Shown here one piece after another: positions 23,464-34,035 of a DNA stretch of 64,000 nucleotides (within the stretch, counting starts at the first letter, position 1; the number at the start of each line of letters is the position of its first letter). Position numbers and translations under genes: made by a program. The stretch covers positions 22,382,001 to 22,446,000 of the forward strand of contig CM069163.1 in assembly GCA_035221665.1 (NCBI GenBank), given 5' to 3'. This stretch comes from Okamejei kenojei. Taxonomy: Eukaryota. The notes under the pieces were generated by a model. That model searched no databases, was not told the origin of the DNA, and saw only the letters and a program-made list of their open reading frames with translations.

Positions 23464-25800
23464 TTCTTCTTGGTTCTTAGTTCTTGGTCCTCCAAAATAT
23501 TCCAAATGGATTTTAAACTGGAGGTGGCAGAGGGTGGACCTAAGCAAAAAAGGATTCTTGGAGAAGAAGAGCTACCTTAAATGTAGTTGCGTCTGGTTGA
23601 GTAACTATGGTAGGGTGAAGGCTGTTCCATGCTTTAATTTGCGGGGGAAGAATGAATTGCTGTACACATCTGTCTTGGTAGCTGGTATCTCAAATTGGAT
23701 GGAATGCCCTAGTTTGTCCCTAATAGGTTTAGGTTTGGTGAAGGTTAGGTAATCTATGTTGAGCCGACCATTTAACATTTTGTAAAAACAGGTCAAACGA
23801 TGAGCTTTACGTCTGTCTTGGAGAGGTTTCCACCCCAGTGAATTCAGAAGTTTGGTAACACTCGCTTCTCTCTCATCGGTATTCGTAACAAATCGAGCTG
23901 CCTGTCTTTGGACACGTTCGAGGGAAGAAATGTTTCTATTTGTGTATGGATCCCATGCTGCAACTGCGTAGTGCAAATGTGGTCTAACGAGGGTGAAGTA
24001 TAACTTCTCCTTGATAGAAGTTATCAACAATAATGATAGTTGCATCTCAGAAAATTTAGGACACCTTTCACCGTTGCATGATGAGTCTGACCATTCCAAT
24101 GTAGATTGTTCTGTAATTTGATGCCAAGATACTTGGTCTGTTTGGATTCTTCAAGGATAGCACCAAGGATATTGTATGATGTTTCGCCTGGTTTCCTCTT
24201 CCTGGTGACACGCATGGTTTCATTGAACTGCATGCCCCATTGTTGTCACCACTCAACCATAGCATCGAGATCTTTTTGGAGAGCATCTTTATCATCAGCT
24301 GGCGTAATTGGATGGTACAGCAAACAATCATCAGCAAATAGTCTGGACGTGCTTGTGACTTTTTCATGGATGTCATGAATGTAAAGCAAAAACAGATCTG
24401 GGCCCAATACTGTGCCCTGAGGTGTACCACTTAACACTGGATGTCAATCAGAGCTTTTTCCATTCACACACGCGCGCTGAAGTCGTTTTGTCAGAAAACT
24501 GGAAATCCATTGTTTTATGTTGGAACAAACACATAGAAGTCAAGCCTCCGAAGCCGTCTCTGGTGTGGGATGACATCAAATGCTTTAGAAAAGCTTAGCA
24601 CTACTAAATCCGTGATTACATTGCTATCAAGGTTCTTGGCCTGGTCATTTGTCATCAGGATAAGCTGAGACTAGCATGATCTATGCCTCCTAAATGCATG
24701 TTGGTTGTCAGCAAGAATGGTATGTTTGCTAAGGTGTCCCATCAGATTACTTTCGATTAAATGCTCCAGTAGTTTGCAGTAAATGCTTGTTAATGAAACA
24801 GGACGATAATTCGCCAGGTTGGTGGTTGAACCCTTCTTAAAGAGAGGAGTGATGTTAGCCTAACTCCAATCCAGCCAAACATTACCGAAGTCAAGCGACT
24901 GTTGGAAAATGAGCTACAAAACTGGAGCCAGTTCTTCGGCCGCGATCTTGAGGGCTTTATTCTGTATCTAATCTGGTCCAATAGCTTTTGTTGTATTGAT
25001 GTTGAGCAATAACTTCTTGACACCTTCAACCTCAATTTTAATAGCATGCATATTAGCATACGGGCTGGGCGGTAGGTAACGAAATGATGAAGGCTCCGTA
25101 TCTTCCCGGGTGAAAACGTGTTGAAATTGGTTTGCAAGAGCTTCTGCTTTCGCCTGGTCCTCAGTGATCAGACACTTTTCCATCGCGGAGCGGGGAGAAA
25201 CCTTGCTGGGGGTCACCAGAGAGAAGTGCTCCGATCGCTGGCCTGGTGACTTTGGCATCATGGGGCTGTGGTCTGCAGAGCTTCTAACCGCAGGCGTGGC
25301 ATGGACTTACCATCCGGAGTCCGGGATCCCTTGCTGGGGATCGCCAGAGAAGAGCTCCGATCGCCGGCATGTGGCCTATAACATCCTGAAGCCGCGATCT
25401 CCGGTAGGAAAGTGCTGATTCAGGACCTCCAAGCTGCGGAGTGTGTTTGACCGCCTCGACATCGGAGTTTCGATCATCCCGACGAGAGAGCCTGTACATC
25501 CGGCCGTCCGTAGTGGCGACTACGGAGGGTTCATGGCCCCGACCACGGGTGAACAAGGGAGGAGAACTGGCTGTTGCCTTCCACCACAGTGAAGAATGCT
25601 GTGGTGGATGTTTGTTTTAAATCTTATTGTGTATTGTGTGTTCTTTTTAAGTGTACCGCTGCTGGCAAATTCATTTCACTGCACCTTCGGGTGCATGTGA
25701 TGAATAAAATTGACTTTGACTTTGTTGTCTGCCCGTCTAGATTTCACATTCCTCCAAAAGGCCTTGTGTTGCTCACCCTCAAGAATTAAGAAACATGTAG
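23464..25800 (-). mobile_element. Divergent CR1-group LINE (RT region) nested in CR1 and itself interrupted
   Basis: ORFs: KAEALANQFQHVFTRED...KAIGPD; SGTPQGTVLGPDLFLLYIHDI...RLFADDCLLY; YFTLVRPHLHYAVAAWDPY...QDRRKAHRL. (aagaac-like)n tail at 23464-23487; KAFWRNVKSRRADN at about 25723-25770. Confidence 0.85.
25183..25722 (+). mobile_element. GC-rich non-LTR retroelement 3' end nested in the minus-strand LINE
   Basis: CpG-rich body, 3' hairpin tgcaccttcgggtgca, aataaa and (tgactt)n tail; splits the host ORF. Confidence 0.65.
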
Positions 25801-25833
25801 TCTATGAGCACCTAATAGCACGATTGACTAGTA

Positions 25834-25911
25834 TGGGACTAGTATAGCTGGGACATATTGGCAGGCATGGGCAAGTTGGGCCGAAGGGCCTGTTTCCACA
25901 CTGTATGACTC
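25834..25911 (+). mobile_element. CR1 3' terminus (right part of 23114-23463)
   Basis: tgggactagtatagctgggac...gggccgaagggcctgtttccacactgtatgactc continues the CR1 sequence after ...gcaggcagg. Confidence 0.8.
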
Positions 25912-25914
25912 CAA

Positions 25915-25983
25915 CCTCCAGTTGAGGTCTAAACTACATAGACTTGGGGGCATTGGTTTTGCCTGTTTGCATTATTATTTGTT

Positions 25984-26054
<71 letters not shown>

Positions 26055-26160
26055 TGAACTTTATTTTCTCGCTTATTATATTGCTTACAGAGTACTATGT
26101 TTACATATTCTGCTGTGTTGCTGCAAGTAGGATATATGACAACAAAACACTTGACTCCTG
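25915..26160 (+). mobile_element. Rex1/Babar-type LINE 3' UTR with (TA)n(CA)n microsatellite
   Basis: Same tail as 41401-41570 (gtactatgtttacatattctg...tatgacaa..aaaacacttga); (TA)n at about 25995-26037. Confidence 0.7.
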
Positions 26161-26239
26161 CGCTTTCAACTTTTAACTTCTCACTTGTCCCATTACATTC
26201 AAAAACGCTACACCCACAGGAAAATAATTGTTTAAAGTT

Positions 26240-26934
26240 AGTACCTGAACCATGGCAACCCCGTCGTTGACAACCGGCGGGTCTCTCCCCCCCCCCCCCC
26301 CCCCGGCACGCAATGACGCCACGGGCAGCGCGCGGCCTCGTTTTGAGCGCAGTTTACCCCAAACATGGCGGGTGTCTCGGGCTGAGCGAGCGAGGGAGGA
26401 AGGGAGACAGACAGACAGACAGAGTGGAGGCGGTTTCCATCTCAAGAAAGTTTTACCTCCAGCCCTTCCTCCCACCCCTGCCTCTCCGGGGTGTGGGAAG
26501 AGAAATATGAGTGAAGAGAAGCCGATGGGAACGGAGTCGGTCCGAAATAGTGCCCCATAAGGGACCTCGGAGGGTTCTCAATCACCCCTCCCCTCTGGGC
26601 TTCGAACTTTCACCCCAATTCTGTGACTGACCCCATTGCCTGTGGCCCTTTTCGCCGGGCCCCCTCTCCTTGTACCTCTTTTATTATCTCACCTTGACCC
26701 CAAGTTTGTGATTTATATCTGCACTTCATCCTATAACACCCAATGTAAGCTCGCTCTGTTGCCTCAGACCCCTGCTACCCGCACCGCTACCTGAACTTAC
26801 TCGCCACGACCAGTCCCAATCTTGTTCTTATGCCGAGAGGAATCCTACACCTCTCTGTTCCCTAGCCTTCTCGTATCCTATTTTCAGTTTTAAATGAGTT
26901 TTTTAAATTGCTTGGACCTGGAGTCGGTTAATTT
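26240..26934 (+). promoter_or_regulatory. ABL1: CpG/GC-rich promoter and 5' UTR region of ABL1 exon 1b
   Basis: Local CpG enrichment in an AT-rich background, CRE half-site TGACG (26314), YY1 motif AACATGGCGG (26362-26371), RFX-like half-site CCATGGCAAC (26250-26259), directly upstream of the 1b ATG. Confidence 0.75.
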
Positions 26935-27067
26935 ATGGGGCAACAACCAGGCAAAGTTCTTGCGGACCAAAGGAGGCCAACTTTAACGGCGCTGCAGTTT
27001 ATCAAAGGAGGGAGGAGAGAAGCATCCAAACATGGAGCTCAACATTTCAATGTTTTTGTGGAGCACG
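26935..27067 (+). CDS. ABL1: ABL1 tyrosine kinase, exon 1b (myristoylated N-terminal cap); too short for the ORF track
   Basis: [44 protein letters not shown]+G then GTaagg donor; human ABL1-1b is [45 protein letters not shown]. Gly2 myristoylation site, phase-1 end. Confidence 0.96.
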
Positions 27068-28664
27068 GTAAGGAGAAATCTCATGACTGGAGAAATGAGG
27101 TTTGATGGCAAAGAGCTTGTCATCAATGTATCATTTCAATGTTATACTTTACTGAATTATGAAACTTCTGCAAGTATTTTCATAAATGTAAACACTGACT
27201 CAATTCTACTTTTGATATTTATAAATTGGCACCACTGGTTGCAACTGACTCATATGATGTATGTATTCAGTCATTATTTATTGGATTTGCAGTTGTTGTT
27301 GTAATAAGTTGGTTAAGTGTGAATTTAAAGGTATTTAAGTTATATTACTTGAACTCCAAACTGTGTAAACTTATTTTGTGTTGCCAGCAAGTCTTCCATT
27401 GCTACCTAAAACGTTTTAATCAGCACAACAGTCTTGGGTCTAATAAAATAAAAACTTACATTAGTGTCTTCCATATGGTAGGATGTTCCAAACCATTTTA
27501 CAATCTATAGAGCAATTGTAGTTTTGATGATTAGTGATGAAAGAAATGTAGTAGTCAATTTCTACAAATGCTTTTAAAAATACTTTAATGCAGAACAAGG
27601 CAATGCAACTACATTGGCTAGAAGGTGGCATTCAAAGATTACTGAAGCCTGGCTTCCAGCAAGTACTTTCACTGTTATCTTCTTTATGTAATTACTGAGA
27701 TCTGAAAGGAAACATTCAATTGCTCTTGTATTCCAATTGAGTTGAGCCATATCTCAGTCAGTCATTGCAAGAGAGATAATTTGGAGCAAAACAATTGGCT
27801 GTGATCCTTTTTATTCTATGCTAGTATTTGTGTCCCGCAGACGCGCCTTCATGTTATATGTCATCTCACCATATCAATGTATCCCTTTGTGATTTTCTTC
27901 TTTGTTCTAATCTTCAGCTTTCTCTAAAAGCATTTGTTTATCCCAGAAACCTGTTCCCAAGTTCCATGTTTTATCCTCTTTAGGTGATGAATTTTCTCCT
28001 TAATTACGTTTGATGTATTACAACGTCAAATGCAACGTTGATGGCTCTTTTATCCATGACATTTAATTTTTGTCTCCCCATTACGTGGAAGTATATTTTC
28101 CCTTCATATTCTATTTTATTCATAATCTTTCAAAACTTGCATTGGAGTCACCATTTGAACAATAAACAGTAACACCATACAGGTGTGACAAAATGATGAG
28201 TAGGGTTTGGGGCCCACAGGAAAATTGAAACCACGACAAAAATGGAGACTTAAAACGATCAGCAATAGATTTTAGATGTGTCCCTACTCTGTCAAAAATT
28301 TGGGGATATTTTCTTTCCTGGAAAAGTAATGCTTTATTTCAGCATTATGAAATTCTCATCAAATTCTGGAAGGCAGGTAGAACAAACTTTACTTATTAGT
28401 GAATTTATAACAAAGCAACAAAAGTGAAACATGACAAAGTTCAGAGTTGCAGAGTGTGGTGATTGAATTCAGACTGAACAATGACTTTATGCACGTGGAT
28501 TTTGAAGTTAATTCATTTTTGTTTAAAGTACCTGGTTGGCTTAATTCCCATAAACAGAAAACCATATCTGTCATTACACCCAAGTTGTTGAAGCTCATGT
28601 TTCATTATTTTAAGGATTGAATGGATCCTTGAGCGGCACATTCTATGAACCTGCACAGGGAGAG

Positions 28665-28870
28665 GGCAGCACAGTGGCATAGCAATGAATGCTGATGCCC
28701 CATAGCTTTGTAACAGTTCTGACTTCTGGTGACCTCAGTGTGGATTTTGCATGTTTTACCTGTGACCACATATGTTTACCCCTTGCCAAGTGATGCTCTG
28801 GTTTGTTCCTGAATCCAAACATATATTCTAGTTAATTTGTTCTTAAATGTCTTTTGGCATAGGTTGGCAG
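28665..28870 (+). mobile_element. HE1-like SINE, degraded
   Basis: ggcagcacagtggcatagc head; gtgtggattttgcatgttttacctgtgacc core. Confidence 0.6.
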
Positions 28871-29574
28871 AATTGTGGGGAAGGAGGAGGGTGGTAGCGG
28901 CATAATCGATGGGCATGTGAGAGAGGAGGTACAAGGAACTGCAGGTGCTGGTTTATAAAAAGAGATAATGTGCTCCTAACCTGCTGAGTTACTCCAGCAC
29001 CGTGTCTTGGTATGTAAGAGAGAATGGGTAATAGGGAAATGAGTGCACCAACAGGATTGATGGGGTCATTCTGAGAGCTGGTACACTTGAAAAGCTGAAT
29101 CCCCTCCTGTGCTATTTCAGAAGTGTGGCATGCATAGACATAACAATGGAGAAGGAGATTATTGTTGGTATGTTACTGGCTTTGAAAGAATTGTGATGTC
29201 TTGCTGCTGATTGACCACTGTACCATTTAGAGGATTATGTTGTGCAAAGTACAGTGCTTGGGGAACTCAGTGGGCCAGGCAGCATCTTTTCAAGCATTGT
29301 ATTGTAGGTTTACCTAGAGTTAAGTGCATAGAATTCCATCTGCCAGAGGAAGTTCTGTTTTCAAGACCCTACAGATATGCTAAACATGGATAAATTGTGA
29401 ACTTTGTTTTGGGATATGTGAACCTGAATTCTTATAATTTTATAACTGTTCCTATTAAATTATACATTCCAACTCATCCCCTTTAAGTGTTTTGTTGAGT
29501 AGTGAGCATCTCGTTTTGGAGGAGCTCATGTCATAAGTATAACAATACAACACAACACAACTGACTTGACATTT

Positions 29575-29800
29575 ATCTTAAACAAAAGTGCTGGAGGAAC
29601 TTCACGGGTCAGATAGCACCAATGGAAAAAATTTAATGGGCTATGTTTTGGGCCAGAACCCTTCTTTGGGCCGTGGAAGGTTCCCAACCTGAAATATCAC
29701 CTGAACACTCTCACCACTAACACTGCCTGACCCACTGATTTTTTTCCTTTTCCAGAACTTAGTGTTTTGATCACAATTCCAGCATCAACAGTTTCTTGTG
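29575..29800. mobile_element. Older fold-back Penelope terminal-repeat structure
   Basis: caaaagtgctggaggaact...cccttctt / gaagggttcccaacctgaaatatcacc...ccagcatcaacagtttcttg in inverted arrangement. Confidence 0.6.
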
Positions 29801-31134
29801 TAGATGTTTATCCTTTTGGCTTTTTGTGTTAGTCATCTGCTATAAAGTAAAACTGAGCTTGACTGAATGATAATGTTGCTTATAAAGACTACCTCACAAA
29901 TGATGAGATTCACATAATTTAAGATATTAACTTTGGTGAAATATGATTATAAAGCTGAATAGAGCTGATTGCATATCACTTGGTAAAATCACAATGATAT
30001 GGGTTTGAAAATGGGATTTCAAAAGAACAAAATTGAGAACAGTAGATCTTCAGTCAATTATATTAAGGGATATGGAGCCAAATTGGGCAGACGGTGTTGA
30101 GAAATATTAATCAACCATTATTGAATGGTAGAATGTTTGAATGGCCTTTTTATGTTAATGGACACAATGCGGTTTTGAGGGATTTTAGATAAAAATGCTG
30201 TGGTTTACTAACTTGTGAAATATTTATTGGTGCACCCTGTGGACAGCTGATTGTGAACAGTGGTTTCACCCTCCAGTTCCAACAGACTCATGCGACAAGT
30301 GCCACATATTTCCATGTTCAGGTGCATTAAACATATCTTTCCAAGATCTGCAGTATCCTTCAGTTAATGGAACTATAACAGTAAGAGTTTTTTTCAAAAT
30401 AGAGATCTTAGATCTTAAAAGCCACACAGTGGTCCTATTATCTTCATGAATTAGATAAAGTTGGATGCTGAGCTTTAGAAAACAAAGTGCTTCCTGTTTT
30501 AAAATGCATATAAAATGCTCAAGCCCACAGTTTTGATCTTTGACGGAAAATGAATTGTCTAAATTGTAAGAATGAAAGCTAAAGTGCAAGGATGATGGGA
30601 AGAAAATGAGCTTTTGCAGTACAAGGTTACTTTTACTAAACTCTTTAATATTAAAATTGTATATTTCTATCCAGCCTATCCAAGGCTGATTTCAAAAGAA
30701 AGGTTACATTAAAATCACCTTCTTTGGGCACCACTAAGTTTCAACCTGATCAAAAAAAGTACTTCCTGTTAGTCTAGAAGAAATGACAATGCTGAAAAAG
30801 GAGGCATTTGTCCCCGTTGTCCTTCAGTTTTGTGAATACCAATGCGTCAGGCTACCTATAATAACTCCTTTATATCTGTAATCGTGTGAACTTGCACTTT
30901 GTTAATAAGCAGCCCCAACTGCCAGATTACGTGTGGTTGAGGTCTGGCTGACCTCTCGCCCATATAGTGGCCTCCCTCTGCTCCCATCTTTTTCCAAAGT
31001 GAGTGGATTTCTTTCAATGTTTGTACTTGTGTGATTAATCATTTTTATTCTGCTGGTTTTAATTTGTAAATGTTGTAAACAGTAGCAAGGGAAACTTCCT
31101 TGACACTGAGTAATCAAAGGAAACCCCACTGGAG

Positions 31135-31590
31135 TCATGGAATCTTAGCTCTGTACAGCACAGAAACAGTCCCCTCAGTCCACTTTGTCCATGCCGACCA
31201 AGTTGGCATATTGAGCTATTCCTATTTGCATACATTTGACCAATATCGCTCCCAGCCTTTCCTCCCCCAATATCGGTTCAAATGTCTTGTAAAATTTGTA
31301 ATTGTATTGTTTCTGTTGCTTTCTCTGGCAGCTCATTCCAGATGTGGACAACACTCTGAGTGAAAGTTTCTCCTGTGGTTCCTCTTAAATCTCTCCCCTC
31401 TCACTTTCAGCCTATGCCCTCTAGTTTTAGAAAGCTCCACACTGGAAAAGAACTGTGAGCAATCACTTTATCCAGGCCCTCCATGATCATGCACATCTCA
31501 ATAAGGCCACCCCACTGCCTCCTAATTCCAGAGAAAAATGTCCCAGTCTGTCCAACCTCTCTATAAACTCAAGCCCAACCAACATCTGGA
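31135..31590 (-). mobile_element. CR1 LINE 3' fragment
   Basis: tacagcacagaaacagtccc...ggcagctcattccagatg...ctatgccctctagttttag, CR1 reverse-strand motifs. Confidence 0.75.
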
Positions 31591-33214
31591 TGGTTTTCTT
31601 TTTCACTAGAAACACAATGCAAAATCGGTATCGAAGTAGTTTTTATTTTTATTTTCAAACTTCATTACATTGGAAGATTGTAATTCTTTGTGAAAGGTCT
31701 TTTATGAACTTTATTTCGCATTTTTACAAAACCGAGCATTGTTCCGAAACCACATAATCTGGTAAGATTGCAAATGTTTGAAAATACCATCACCTCCATG
31801 TTGTGCCCTTCCAAATACTGCAATGGAGCGTTAGCTTATAAGCATTTTGAGTTCAATGGAACCAGCCTGTTTGTACAGCGACCCTAGCATTTTCCTTAAT
31901 TCAAACCTCCTACCACACCTCATCCTCAAAATGCACCATTATGTCATATAGTAGAAATATGTCATAGCACAGAAATAGGCCCTTCAGCCCAACTTGTCCA
32001 TGTTGACCAAGATGCCCCACCTCATGGGACCTAAGCATTTTCTCTGTGTTTGGCCTATATCCCTCTAAACCTATTCTATACCTTTCTCCTTCAATTTAAT
32101 TATAATCTAACTTGGCTAATTGATATAGCAGTTTGTCCACTCTCTGGCAAAATACTTTCCTTAATTTCTGGTTGGATTTATTAGAGATCATCTTATGTTT
32201 ATAACCTAAAAACCCAATTTGTCATTACAATCAAAATCCTATTATTTGTCTGAAAGATCAGGATAGAAATGTAGGCATCCATTATGGTATGAGCAGCTTT
32301 GTAAATAAACAAAATTATTTGCAGGCACTGTTTGCCTTCACAAAAACGATCTTCTGTTTTTGACTACTTGGTGATCTTGTAGATTTTTAACAGGCATTCT
32401 TTAAACATTCTCTCCCACCCACTCACCGCAAACACTTTTCTTATACAAGTAATGAGCAGCAGACCCGTTCCAAAGTATGTGGATTACATTTGCCAGATCT
32501 CATTTTTCTGTGTAAAAAGTATTGTGCATTTCCTGGTCACGCCAGCTGAATGACAAGATACTACTGTTATCATGGAAAGCTGAATAGGGTTGTAACCTCA
32601 ATGAGCAAAGTAAGGAATATTTTAGATTTGGAGCTCTACATTTTGGTATTTGGTTTTGTAATGATATCTAAAAAATTGCAAACCTGTTTTGTTAATATTC
32701 AAAGAATGTTTATACTGGAGTAATTACAGTGACATTTTTATTGCTGTGCAGTTTTTTTTAAAGAAAAATTACAGTGCCAAAGAACTGGAAAGAGGCATAA
32801 ATTAGCACTAACAAATCAGCTGAGTGTTGGGATTGAGAATGGAAAGGATTTTGGTGTGTTTTTTGTATTGTTAATCTTGGGTGACAAATCTCTGTTGACG
32901 AGCTATGTGTTTTTACAATCTAGAAACACCTTGATGTTAAAAAAAGGATACTGCTGCAGTAATGCATAGATCAAAGAATTGTATCGCAAAAACAAAGATG
33001 ACTAGGTAAATTTTGTCTATATTTGGTCATTGAAACTGCTATCCATTTTGTCCCTAATCTGCACATCTTATGCCTAACAGATCTATATATTGGGACATTA
33101 ATGATTGCTCAGTGTTAGCCAACAATTTTTAAAAATGTTTTCAGGGTTCTTTTTAATCCATCTATGTTGATTTGAAATGAAAAACAGTTTTCATTTCCCA
33201 TTAAAGATATTTGG

Positions 33215-34035
33215 AGAGTGAACTGGTGGCAAGATGACATCTTCCCCCACAATGTCAGCAAGGTGGAGAAGATTGCGATTGACTTCAGGAAGTGAAGCAG
33301 TACACACACACACCCCAGAATGCATTGATGGTGTCGAAGTAGAGATGGTCAAAACCTTCAGGTTCTTCGGAATAGATATCACCAGCAATTTGCCCTGGAC
33401 CACCCACATCAAAGCTATGGCCAAGAAAGCAACCAACACCTCTACTTCCCTAGAAGGCTTAGGACGCTTGGCATGTCCCCAACAATCCTCAACAAATTTT
33501 ACAGATGTGCCGCAGAAAGCATTTTATCGAGATTCATCACAGCATGGTGTGGGAACAGTTCCACCCAAGACCGCAAGAAATTGTAGATTTGTGGATGTAG
33601 CCCAAACTAACACGCACACCAACCTCCCTGTCATTGACTCTATTTTATGCCTCAGCAAGGCCAGCAGCATAATCAATGACGTGTTGCACCCTGGCCATGC
33701 CCTCTTCTCCCCTCTCCCATCAGGCAAGTGGTACAGAAGTTTGAAAATGCACTCCTCGAGGTTCAGTGGCAGTTTCTTTCCGGCTGTTATCGGGCAACTG
33801 AACCAACCTCTCACAAGCTAGAGTCCCGTCCTGACCTCCGATCTACTTCATTGGATACCTTTCAACTATCTTTTGTCAGACGTTATCTCGCACTAAATGT
33901 TGTATCCTTTATCCTGCATTTGTACATTGTGGAGGGCTTCATTGTAACCATGCAGAGTCTTTTTTTGACTAGATAGCACACAGTGAAAAATATTTCACTA
34001 TAACTCGGTGCACATGACAATAATATACAAATCTA
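33215..34035 (+). mobile_element. Rex1/Babar-clade LINE 3' part
   Basis: IDGVEVEMVKTFRFFGIDITSNLPWTTHIKAMAKKA and HPGHALFSPLPSGKWYRSLK..SRFSGSFFPAVIGQLN; cacatgacaataa tail. Confidence 0.85.

Noticed and set aside
25183-25560. CpG-rich patch considered as a second promoter
   Set aside because: Lies inside a retroelement that splits a LINE ORF and ends in an aataaa plus tandem-repeat tail.
26252-26560. 102-aa proline-rich ORF in the CpG island
   Set aside because: Product of a poly-C tract and GC-rich promoter/UTR sequence; no recognisable domain. The real CDS starts at 26935.
33234-33821. 195-aa ORF, the longest in the window
   Set aside because: Frameshifted Rex1/Babar LINE ORF remnant, not a host gene.
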